Shown here one piece after another: positions 38,370 to 51,300 of a stretch of DNA of 64,000 bases (positions within the stretch are counted from its first letter, which is position 1; every line of letters starts with the position of its first letter). The notes below the pieces were generated by a model. That model was not told the origin of the DNA. It did no database searches and saw only the letters and a program-made list of their open reading frames with translations. Made by a program: the position numbers and the translations under genes. Origin of the DNA: Cycas panzhihuaensis (taxonomy: Eukaryota; Plantae; Cycadophyta); contig CM041465.1 of the NCBI GenBank assembly GCA_023213395.1, positions 196,485,741 to 196,549,740 on the forward strand. The letters are read 5' to 3'.

Positions 38370-41300
38370 TGTTATGTAGCTACCTCTAATAGTGGGATTT
38401 GATTGTTAGTATATGTGATCAAGGGTCTTGATTATTAATGCTAGCCATTAATCGTTTGCTCTCGTTAATGAAATACATGTCGTTGACACCTGCCAATGGA
38501 AATTCATGAAAAAGGTCTCCATTATCTTTATAAAGCCTTATCAAATATAGAGGGATCATTATTGTATATTTGAGATCTTGTTTATAGCATATTGTGGTGT
38601 TACTTTGATGTCCTTTTTGTGTTTTTTGAGTCTATAATCAACTATTTTACATTAATAAATATCGATTTATTCTATTGTTGTCAAGTTATTATGCCCTTTG
38701 AGCTCTTTTAATCAATTACTTATGTGAAAGTTAGAGCAAACCTAGACCAAGTGATATCAAAGCTTGACTCAAAGGTCCCTTCTATAATAACAATGTGGAA
38801 ATAAAGCGAACACTAAGACAAAAGCAAGGCAGAAGAAGTAGAAGTTCTGGTAATCCAATAAAAAAAAAGAAAATATTCCCTCTAGTGATATTCGTGACTC
38901 ATTCTCTTTTGCATTTTTTTTGCTTTCCATCTTGTAAAATTTTGTTATCCTTTTGTAAGTAGTGGTCTAGATAAAAACCTTATTTTGGGGGTTTTAAAAC
39001 ATTAACAAAAACGTTATCGCTATTAGCTAAGCATGCTTGGAGATAAGCCAACATGTGAAGTGGGATAATCTATATGTCAATACTCAGGCTTTAGATAGAA
39101 CTCGTACATAGAATTGCGCCTCTACATACCTTCAAGTATATAGGAGGACTCTTATAGATTTTCTTTTTTATAAATCCTATAATAGAAAAATAATCAGTTA
39201 CATATCACATGTAGTGCATTAGTTAGTAGTTAGCTCTAAGAAGACACTATCCACAAACACCTCAAACACAGATAACATGGCTAAGAATATAATAACCCTC
39301 TATAAATTATTGCCCTGAGATATTGGGTTAATTATTGTTAACATTAAGAAGTTTATAAGAGGGCTTATAAACTAAAAAATTATTTAGTTAAAAGTCTGTT
39401 TAGAAATTGGTTATCTAAACTCTGTTTCAAGTCTACAACAATTGCTTAACTATTGTCCATGGGTATATTACTATCAAAACACTCACTAACAAACTCTGTA
39501 ATTAAAACCCCTATTAATAAAATATTTGAGAGAGAGAGAGAGAGAGAAGAAGGGTCTGCTAGCTTACTTCTTTGTAGGGTCACTTCTACAAATATTAGCT
39601 TTTTATAGATGAAAACTTTACTAATGAACAGTATGAAAAAAAGTCTTAAAATTTTTAAGTTTATATTATTTTTTATTAACCTCATTTTAATGACATCATC
39701 ATACTACAAGTATCTTATGGGTCCCATCATTGAATTTTAGTATATAATCTTACCTACACCATCTTAGCGAGTACATCACACTCATCTTAGTACACTAAGT
39801 GAGATTATTATATAATTTTAGGGGAAAATAGTCTACAGACACCCTAAATAGTTTTTGTAATTAAGGGGTTAACAAGATATAGCCACCTCCCCTCTTCTAC
39901 CGTTCTACATCATTCCCTAACTCTTTAGTCCAATTTTTTCTATCTAATTTATTTTTTCTTTAAAACCCCTTCTTCTTCCCTTATCCTTTCTCTTAACTCA
40001 TCTCAACAACTTATATCTGCATATGCAATGGCTCCTCTTACTTAAGTAAATTAAATTTCAACACTAGAAACCTAATGCAACTCCTTTAATTAATAATATC
40101 ACAAAGCTCTCGAATAACATTGTAAAGCTTTCCATGCAAATATCCAATATGGCCTCCTCCTCCTCCACCTCCTTCAATTCAACCAGTAACTCCCCACCAC
40201 CTCCACCTCCCCTACATACATCCTTATTGCATCAACAACCACTCTACCATAAAGTCATTATCCTGATATTTAACCCCAACCTCAATAAGGACACTATGAA
40301 AAGTTGGATCAACAAGTTGGTGTCATACTTTTCTCTTACTTTTATGCCACTAGATGATAAACTAATCTTTGCCTCCATACATCTTAAAGGCAAACCACAT
40401 CATTGGTTCTATTAGTGCAACGTGAGAATCCCACCAACCAAATGTGGGACTTATTTTATAAATGTCTCTATAACCAATATGAAAACACATAAAATTAATC
40501 ATTCTTCAATCAACTTAGTCATCTTAAATAAACTGCATTGATTGAAGCATATACTAAAGAGTTTTAGGCCTTATAAAACCAGGTCTCCCAATCTCTCAAT
40601 TGCTATCTTACCATTGATATATATATATATATATATCCTGTTAACCCCTTAATTACAAAAACTATCAATTAATCCCAACATAATTACAGCCAATGGACTA
40701 CCAAAATCCACACTCAAAAGAATTGGCTTGAATATAACAATCATCTTCTCTATAAAAATCATATCATCATCCATTTTTCATTCTCTTTCATTTCCTGCAC
40801 CCTCTTAGAATATCATTCTACACCCTTAAAGGCCACCTTAGCTTGATAAAACCTATTATTGTGTTTGTGCTAAATTTTCCTAGCCATATATAAAATTTGA
40901 TATCCTCACCTTTGTCTTTAAATGTGACACATGCCAATGTAACAAACCTAGGACAATCACCTAATTAGGACCTCCATAACTCTTACATATTCTCTAAGGT
41001 AAATGGCAAGACATTGCCATGGGTTTCATCATTAGCCTTCCATCATCTGCTAGATTTACATCTATCCTTGTTATTATTAATCGACTAACCACATATGCTC
41101 ATTTCTTACTAGTCCACACCTCTTACAAGGTCCCTCACCTTGTTGATTTGTATATTTAATTGGTTTTCCATCTCCATAGGCTTCCTTTGACAATAATTTA
41201 TGAGTAGGACCCCAAGTTTAACAATTCATTTTGGTAAGAATTCTTTTGCGCTTTAGGAACCTTATTTAACGTGAGCTTATCTTACCACCCATAGATCAAT

Positions 41301-42447
41301 GGTCAATTAGAGGTCCTTAATAAAACAATTAAAACCTACTTATGTTATTTTACCTTAGAATACCAATGTAGGTGGACCTCTTAGTTAGCCCTCGTTGAAT
41401 ACTAGCATAACTCTTCTCGTCACTCCATTATTGGTATGTCTCCATTCATGGCTATTTATGATTATCCCTCATCATTCCACCATACCCTTACTATCGACCT
41501 TATAATGGCTATCGTCTAATAAAAATTGTAGGATATGGACCAAATTCTCCACACTTGTAAGCAAAATTTATTTATTGCTCATAATTACACGACTACCATC
41601 ATTCTGATCATTTCATTTTTAGTAGGTGACCTTGTATTTCTCTGCCTCCAACCATATAAGTAATAATCCCTAAAGCAAAATAAAAATCACAAGCTAACCC
41701 CCCACTATTATGGTCTCTACAAGATCCTTTAACATATTGGTAAAGTTGCTTATGCCCTAGAACTTCTCCCTAACATTAAGATTCATAATGTTTTCCATAT
41801 TTCTTACCTCAAAAAGTACCTTGGTAAAGTCATTATCCCATAAACTATCCTTCCCATCCTTAATGAAGAGTAAGTCCTCACTATTCCTCTTGACTGTGTC
41901 TTAGCCAATTATTAATGTTGCCTCTATAATAGGATCATCTTCGAGTGCCTTGTATAGTGGGTTGACTATGAACTGGAGGAAGTAACTTAGGAATTAGTAA
42001 AATTTGTTCATCAACATTTCTATCTTATTAGCTTTGAGGACTTAGCATCTCAAGGGAAGGGACTGGTTATATAGCTACCTTTAATAGTACGACCTAATCA
42101 CTAACACATGTGATTGAGGGACCTAATTATTAGTGTTAGCCATTAACATATGTACACGGGTTGGTTACTCTCACCAATGGAGTGCATGTCACTAATGAGA
42201 ATTTAGGCACGAGGCCTTCACTGACTTTATAAGGCCTCATCAAATATAAAGATCATTATTATATATTTGAGATCTTATTTATAGCATACTACAATACTAC
42301 TTTGGTGTCTTTTTGGTGCTCTTGGAGCCTATGATCAACTATTTTGTGTTAATAAAGATTAATTTATTATATTATTATTTAAATTATTGTGCCCTTTGAG
42401 TTCTTTTAGTTAATTACTTATGTGGAAATTGGGGTAAACTTGCCCTA
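38370..42447 (+). mobile_element. Degenerate Gypsy (chromovirus-type) element lacking protease, RT and RNase H; TSD GTTAA
   Basis: GTTAA at 38365-38369 and 42448-42452; LTRs 38370-38749 and ~42064-42447; PBS remnant TGATATCAAAGC at 38752; PPT AGGGAAGGGA; gag ASIHLKGKPHHWF (40134-40415); integrase ~40800-41800; chromodomain ~41890-42020. Confidence 0.9.
39528..39547. repeat. (GA)10 microsatellite
   Basis: Direct reading. Confidence 0.9.
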
Positions 42448-42886
42448 GTTAACACCAAAATGAGTGGTAAATAAGTCGAGTGATATAAGCAAATTCCTAA
42501 TATAGATCCTCCATAAAAGGAGAAGACACTAAGTTATATAAGTATTACCAAGCAAGATGTACTTGTTAAAATTTATTAACAAGTTACTACTTGAACTTGA
42601 GCTCCATATGGGATCATTATCTAATTTCCTTCAACTAGATTAAGTCTATAACAAGTGTTGGGGTATGTATTATGTGTACATCTAATGACTTTGTAAAATG
42701 CATCTCACGGTTTTCAATTCATCAAACTCCTCCCAATAAGGTGGTATAATTTACAGAGTGTTTGCCATTATTCTTCTTATATTTCACCCTTGTTATGAAT
42801 ATGTAGTAGACATTAAAGAATAAAGTTAATCTAGGCGTAAGCTCACAAGATGTGGAAATATTAATTCACATGTAGGGATAGATACC

Positions 42887-43775
42887 ATATATGTAAGCAC
42901 TTGGCAACTATATGAAATATAAATCTCCCTTCCTATGTGATTATGCTTAATAAGAAAGGCTTATAACTATACTCAAATTACTTAAGGAGTATTTAATGGT
43001 AATTTATAGTCTTCTTACTTCTAATTGTTGTTGCTAATGAGTTTCCTCTATTTCCTTTATATGTATATTTTGATGGTTAACATACATGCCATTAAAATTT
43101 CTATAGATAATTAAAGATAATAATGGTTGTTAAAGCAAAGGAGATAGTAGCAATTTCTATATATGTAAGTACTTTGGGGTTGTGTGAAATATAAATCTTC
43201 CTTCCTATATGATTATGCATAATAAGAAAGGCTTATACATATACTCAAATTACTTAAGGGCTCTTTGATGGTAATTTATGTTCTTTTTACTTATAATTGT
43301 TGTTGCTAATGAGTTTCTTCTATTTCATTTATACATGTATCTTGATGGTTAATATTGATGCCACTAAAATTTCTATAGATAATTAAAGATAATAATGGTT
43401 ATTAAAGTAAAGGCAATAGTAGCAATTTCTATATATGTAAGCACTTTGGGCCTTTTTGAAAATAAATCTCCTCTCTTATGTGATTATGCTTAATAAGGAA
43501 GGCATATAATTATACTTAAATTACTTAGGGAGTCTTTGATGGTAATTTATGTTCTTCTCACTTCTAATTATTGTTGTTAATGAGTTTCTTCCATTTCCTT
43601 TATACATGTATTTTGATGGTTAACATGCATACCACTAAAATTTCTATAGATAATTAATGATAATAATGGTTGTTAATTCAAGTAATAAAGAGTCTTTAAA
43701 TGTAAAGTTTAAGGATCTTCTTACTTCTAATTATTGTTAATTTCCTTCTCTTATCATTACGCTTATATTTTGATG
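42887..43775. repeat. 272-bp tandem repeat, ~3 copies plus a partial unit
   Basis: ATGTAAG anchor at 42891, 43163 and 43435 with colinear AT-rich units. Confidence 0.92.
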
Positions 43776-46700
43776 GACAAACCTAAAGGTCACTTTAATG
43801 TTGATAATAGACAATACAACATTGTATGGAAATCATGATTTAATTAGTGAAAGTACTAAAGGTAAAATTTGTTAATTATATGACATCTATAAATGTGACC
43901 CTAATAAGTATGGGGCCTAATTATCACATACACACAAGTCTATGAGAACGAATTACTATACGTAACTCCATATTATATTGTCCATCATAAATCTAGTGAA
44001 CTTAAATCTATATGATTTATAATTACAAAATGATAATGTTCTTGGAATGGGTGTCCTTTGCGCTTGATGTTTAAAGTAACCTTGACATGCAAGTTTCTCC
44101 TAAAAATTGAAGTAGAGTTGTCTTGCTTCATGGCATATTAAATGATTTTATTGTACCTTCATAACAATCATAATTGAGTAGAAGAAAAATAGACAAAAAA
44201 TTGGGATGGGTTTTAACTTTTTTATTGACCCTTTTGTCAAGCCCTTCTTACAAGTTATTTACTAAACTTTTTATAATTGTATAATACTTACTACAATCAA
44301 GAGAGTTAATTATTTATATCATAAAATTGACATAACATGTCTAGAAAATATAATTTTAAAATCTCACATGGTTTTTATATTATTATATCTAATAGGGGAT
44401 TCTTAAGACACATGGGTATGTGATCCTTCTTCTTAAATACTGAGCCTTTATTTAAGCCCATTCATATAATTATGCTATAAGATATAGATGATCTAAATAG
44501 GAGACCAATGAATAGTATGAAGGATCCCCTCAATCCCCATCACTGTTCTCACTCCCCCACACTGTTCTCACTTGCCCACCTCTCCCAACACTTAGCCCCC
44601 CTAAATTCCTCTAATCTTTCTAGAAAAACTCTAGGAGAAAGCCACTTTAACTAATTGCATGTTAAAGGAAAATAATTGTAGGCATTATTGAGGTAAATTA
44701 AGATGATTTCAAGAGGTTGAAGATCATGGTAAAAATAATTTTAAGAGATTAAGCTAGCATGGAGTATTTAGAATGGGCTTCTTCTATAATGTAACCATAA
44801 TTATTTGCTTAATTAATATAATTAGATGGAGGAAATTCTTTTTTCAGTTAGTTAAAATTTTCATGCATTTAATTATCATTTCATTAGATAAGATAATTAT
44901 GGTTCTTCTAGAGAAGAAATCTCTTATACCCTTTAAGGAAAAATTAGTAAGGGATGTATTATTTTATACAAGCAGTTAAAAGGAGGAAATTCCTAATTAT
45001 TAAGGGTCATAAAGAGTTATTTCATAGGAAAAATCTTGATTTAAAATAAGTGATTCATTAAGAAGTACAATAATAGAACTAAAGAATAATAAGTAAGAAG
45101 GTATAACTCAAAATAAGGGGAAAGGAGCACTATAGGGACCATTGGAACAAAAAAAAGGGATAAAATTAATATTATATTATTAAGAAAATTACATGAGAAA
45201 TGAATGGACAATCTTACCATCCAAATCTTTAATTTATCAGTTTTATAAGATGTATTGAAATTACACTAAGTTTGAGATATACTCTAAGTGGTTTTGTAGT
45301 CATTGCCAAGGTCTATGAGATGGAGGGAGGAGTGGGATGGCTAGATTACAAGGGAAGTGGAATTTTAAACTTAAGAAAAGAGGGCAATTTACAAATTGAT
45401 TTGAGAAACTATAAGATAAAACTTTTGTCCTTTAAATTTGTCTATGGTTTAATCAGAACATGTGGCTTATAAAAAGAGAATAAATCTTTATTTTTTAACT
45501 TGAAATATCTAGGTCCACTAGAAGTCCATGTTTGACATTAAATGCAATTTATTTCAAAAGAATTATAAGGTAAAGATAGAATGAAGAATATCAGGAGCGT
45601 CTTTGGAAAGGCATTCTATGTTGGTTCTAATACTCTCATAAAACTCACTAATTATGTTATTAGAGTCTATATTAGAATGGAATCAAGCAAGCACACACAC
45701 ACACACATATATATCAGTAGACCTTAAAGTTGGTCTTACACTTTCCTATGAAATGAACTTGGGGAGAGTTCCTTTGAAATTTCACCTGTGATAAAAATAA
45801 TCACCTATTAGGAATTATAAATTTGTTAAACCCCCAATCCATTATTAGTAGCAAGTCATTGGGTAAATTATTCTCTTATATCAATTCCCCATAAGTCATT
45901 TGTAGGGTAGGTCACTTAATGACCTCCTATATGACATGCCCACACTCTATTATATATTTTCTTTTTCTTAAACTTGTAGAGACTCCATCATTTACTTGTT
46001 ATCATAATATCTCTGTTTAACTATATAAATATCATTTCATTCCCTCCACCCTTCATTTAGTGCATTCTAACCTATATCTTCTATTATGTGTACACTTCCC
46101 TCTACTTTATGTTGTTTGCCTCCCACTCTACTCTATATCCTCCACATTGTGTTCTTTACTCTATATAGTGTTCTTTCCTTCTCATGTGTCTCTTCCTCCT
46201 CCAGTCTAACTTTTCTCTATTTATAACATATATTTACTTCTAATGATGATTTAGGACTTTGATGCTAATGAGTCATGCCTCCAATTTTTATGTGGACCCT
46301 TTTTCATAATGATTGGGTAGTCTTGAGGATTAATCATAGGAATAACCAATGAAGTCTTCCTCCTTATGATGTTTTAGTGATCTTGACTTCTAATAATTGG
46401 AGATGACTAATAAGTACATGGATATAAATATTCTATTATGGCCATTATAATGGATCTCTTTTGAATTTTAAAATTGTACCTTTGATATTAAGCTATTTAT
46501 GTTTTTTTGTTCCATGTGGGAGCTCAATTTCCTTTATATAAAGATCTTATATCATTTCTTTATTTTTATAAAAACATTAAAATTCAAACTTTACACTATT
46601 TAAAGTTGTAAGTTTGGGTAGTATTCTTATTTCTTGACATTTCTATGAGTGTAACAAACTTCTTATATAATCAATATCTCCACTTATGGTGATCTAACAC

Positions 46701-48374
46701 AATAAGAAGACTTTTTAAAAGTAAGAGGCTTTATTTCATTAATTTAAAAAAATTGAAAAAAAAGTATAATATGGTAGGATGTTTGCCTCATAAGGGTACT
46801 TACAACTATAGACTAACTACCATAGAAAACTCCCTTCCTCCTCTCTATCTCTCCTACCCAAACAACTACCCCCTATTATTTGTTATTAATTTTAGGGGAA
46901 TATCTCCTTACTTTCTCCTAGTATGCAAGTTAATATATAAAATGTTTGTTACAAAATTTATTCGTAGTGTTTTATACATGTAATGACAATTATAAAAATA
47001 AAGAAGAGATACTACTGAATATGAGATTTGGATCAAAGTTTGTAACAATTATTTAAAAAGGGGTCTTACCATCTTGTAGACACTCAAGCTCACACTAAGC
47101 TAGGGGCACTACCCTCGAACCCTACTAAGGGGTGATACCACTAGACTCTACCAAGGGGATTTAGAAAAATATTATAGATCATATGGTCTATCCTTATTAA
47201 TATCTATAACTTCCATAGTTTAGGATACCTTAGAAATGAGTATTTAATATTGATGATAAAGTAATTTTATTTCCCTAAGTGTTATTCATTCATTAACTAT
47301 TACCCCTTTAATGCTATCATGCATTTAAAGAAGAATAATATTAGGTACTTGTTGTAAATATATAATGCATGCATAAAGTAATAAAAACAAGATTTGGATT
47401 ATAACATAAAATATCCAAGAGATTTATAAGTTCATTCAATTAATGCCCTACATAGGTAAATTCAAGGTTTTGTTACTTTAATTAATAACATCTTAATATG
47501 CATCCTTTACTTAACATTTAAATGGAAAATCAAGATCATCTTATTCCTTTAAGATTCCTATACTTCTATCATTCTACTAATTACAATCTTTATAAGAGTG
47601 CCTTATGTGGTAACATCTTTAATATGATCATAAACATTAATTAGTATCATACTTGTCATATGTATTTCACATATAACAAACCCATAAGAGGGGGCTTTGT
47701 TATGTAAAATACTAAGAATAACAAACATAACTTAAACATAAAGTAATGCTTTAAAATAGTTTAAATAAGAGAAAAATAGATGAAGGAAATCTTCCATAAG
47801 ATACTATTCATAATAATGATTCTCCATGAGGTGTTTTACCTATTTATATGCTTTATGGACCTTCTTAAATAAGGTCATTTGATCTTAATTTTTATCCTCT
47901 ATATATTAGGGATTTTTTATTATGTGTGACCTAAAGGGTTCATAAAAAAACCCTCTCCTTTTAAAATTCTTTGCCCTCAAAGAATTATAATGCAATAGGC
48001 CATTGTAAGAATGATTGGGATTTCAATGTGGTATTTTCTTTGAATTTTTTTTCCAATTAGTAAAATATTCATAAATGACTTTGGTGCATAGTTTCTTTCT
48101 CCTTATGTATATAATAGTTTTTAGCTCTGTGATTAATCTTCCTTCTTTATTAAGGATTGTAAGTTCTATTTAGTTATTCTTTATTATCCTAAAAACTTGA
48201 TATATAAGAAGCATCATGGATCATATATTTGTTGGGGAGGTCTAATTTATAACCTACTTCTCTGACTAAGTGTCTTACTTCATATGACCTTTAGTATTTT
48301 TGTGAAGAAACATGAAAACATACATGTATTCTAAATTATAGGATCTTAATTATACATAGTAAGGAACAATAAAG

Positions 48375-51300
48375 TAAAGTCAACTAGGGAGCAGAGTGGA
48401 GTAGGAGATATCACGCCATATCAAAAAATATTATCATAATTCCATTTGTAGGTGGTGTTAAAAAACACTGGGGTATTACACCCTTGATATTTATAGTTTG
48501 GGAGGTAGGCAGAAGCTCACCTCAATCAACATAATTTGAAATTAACAAAATAATAAAACATTAAATAAAATAATACTGTTGGAGCACATGACGCTAACTA
48601 TCTTGAGGAAGTCCTCTTCCTAAATAACCCTAGGGTTTTTGGTGTAACGGTGGCCCGTGATAAGTGGTATCAGAGCGACCAGGGTTCAAAACTGGTCCTG
48701 TGTACTGCGGCAGTGCACCCATATATACGTGAAGGTAGGGGAGTGGCCATCGAGGAACGCTGTGGTGGACATACATGCTGTGTAGGTATAACTGACTCCT
48801 TGTGATGGGGGAGTGTTGGAGTGCATGATGCTAACTATCTTAAGGAAGTCCTCTTTCCAAATAACCTTGGGGCTTTTGGTGTAACGATAGCCCATGGTAA
48901 ATACTTACCTTTATCCATTGATGACTTGTGGAGGGCTAAAACGACTAGTGGCATCCCACATGTTCCCAAAGTGCTTTATACATATTTAATGAATATTAGG
49001 CCAATATTCTCCCCCATAATGCTCATTATGTGTAACTCCAAGATTTTCTCTGAATTTATGGAACTTAATTTTTCCAAGTACCTTTGTAAAGATGTCTACT
49101 ACTTGATCTTTCATGCTGCAATATACTAACTTTATTTCACCTGCTTGAATGAGTTCCCAAATAAAATAATGTTTCATCTCAATATGTTTCGTTCTACCAT
49201 GGAAGACCAAATTATGTGTCATTTAAATAGTGCTTTGATTATCATACCAAATCTTGGTAGGACCATTCTGTTCCATCTGAAGATCATGTAGGAGTTGATA
49301 TAACCATACTATTTTGCATGCACCTAAAATTGCTGCCTTATACTCTACTTTTACTATAGATAATTAAAAATAATTCTTCTTTTTAGAACTCTATGTAATA
49401 GCTACTAAACCTAAGTTGAATGTATACCTAGAAGTAGATTTTCTATCATCAATACCACCTACCCCGTTAGAATCTGTATACCTAATCAATCTAAAATTTA
49501 GAGAAGGTTTGTAGTATAGCCCATAGTCTGTTGTACCCTTTAAATACCATAGAATATGCTTAACTACTTGCCAATGAGAAGATTTAAGGTCTTATATGAA
49601 CCTTAATACAACACTAACTGCATGCATGATATCAAGTCATGTAGATGTCAAATATATAAGGTTGTTAATCAGCTATGTATAAAATATGGGATCCATCGGT
49701 GTAGAGTCATCAAGTTTGGATAATTTAATACCAACTTCAGGTGGTGTAGATAAAGCCTTATAATCACTCATCTTAAACTTTTGGAGTAAGTCCAAGGTAT
49801 ATTTTCTTTAAGAGATAAAAATACCATTATCGTTCTACCAAACTTCCAATCCTAGGAAGTAATGCATCAAATCTAAGTTAGTCATTTTAAACTTTTTATA
49901 TGTCATCAATATAAAGTCCCACAATTAATATAGAATCTCCTTTAATTTTAATGTACATATTTAGATATGATTGAGTTCTTTCAAATCCTTAGTCTTTAAA
50001 ATATTTGTTAATCCTATGGTACCTTACTCTAGGTGCTTGTTTTAAGTTATAAAGTGCCTTTTTTAGTTTATACACTTTATTTTCTCCCCCCTTGACTTCA
50101 AAACCTTTTGGTTCTTATATATGTATGTCTTCTTTAATGTAGCTATAAGGAATACACTTTTAACATCCATATAATGAACATCCTAACCATTTTGGGTAGT
50201 TAGACTCAACATCATATGAACTATTTCCATCTGAGTAATAAGAGTAAAAGTTTCACTATAATTTATGCCTTCCCTTTGGGCATACCCTTTGGCAATGAGT
50301 CTAGCTTTGTGTTTGTTAATGGATCCATTATATTTGAATTTGGTCTTATAGACCCATTTGGTTTTAATGGTTGTTTTATTAGGAGAAAGGTCAAGAAGTT
50401 CCCATGTATCATTTTTCACTATAGAATTATATTCTTCTTCCATAGCTTTCCTCCATTTATCATGGATATCTATCTCTTTAAAGTATGAGGCTCATGGGCT
50501 CCCATTACTTAACTTATAAGTACGAAGTTAACACAGTATAAACTAGTAGATCTTCTATTATAATTATTGTCCAAAATATTATCCAAGTCATGACTTCTTT
50601 GCACCCATTTAGGGAATCTTTGAGGTTGAGAGGAGGTTCCCTCACCACTTGATCTTCATATATCAATATTTTACCTTGGATCCTATCTAGGTGGCACATA
50701 TAAGAGATGAGTCAAAATTTATCATAACATCCTTGCCTTTGTCTTGAATACAATTTGAGTGATAATAGTCATCCTCTTTGAACACAATATCTCTGCTAAT
50801 CATGACCTTTCTTTCTTTGGGTTCATACACCTTATATGATTTGGAAGCATTACTATACTTAATAAATATACACTTAATGCTTTTGTCATCAAGTTTGATC
50901 CTCTTTTATTTAGAAACATGGACATAAGTTAGGCATCCAAAGATTCTCAAGTGATGGATATTAGGTTTATAACTGGTCCATGCTTCTTCTGGTGTCATCC
51001 ACCTAAGGGCCTTAGTCGTACATCTATTTTGAAGGTAAACTATAGTGTGGATAACTTCTACCTAAAACTCATATCCCAACTTCTTATCATTTAGCATGTA
51101 CCTAGCCCTTTCAACTATGGTGCAATTTTTCCATTCAAAAACCTTATTTTATTGTGGAGTGTAGGAGATGGTGTGTTGTCTTCTAATGTCATAATATATA
51201 TAATAGGCATTAAATTTATTAGAAATAAACTCTCCTGTATTATTTGATCTTAAGCAGAGTATCTTATATCCACTCTACTTTTCCATAAAGGTTTTGAAGT

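Noticed and set aside
39848-40665. TIR DNA transposon carrying a gag fragment
   Set aside because: No TSD, and the enclosed gag is colinear with the host Gypsy element
42887-43775. CRISPR array or coding repeat
   Set aside because: Eukaryotic context, no unique spacers, 272 is not a multiple of three and no open frame
44700-48290. LINE remnants (KIKIF-like near 45040 minus; DFNVV near 48020 plus)
   Set aside because: Motifs too short and decayed to support without a profile search
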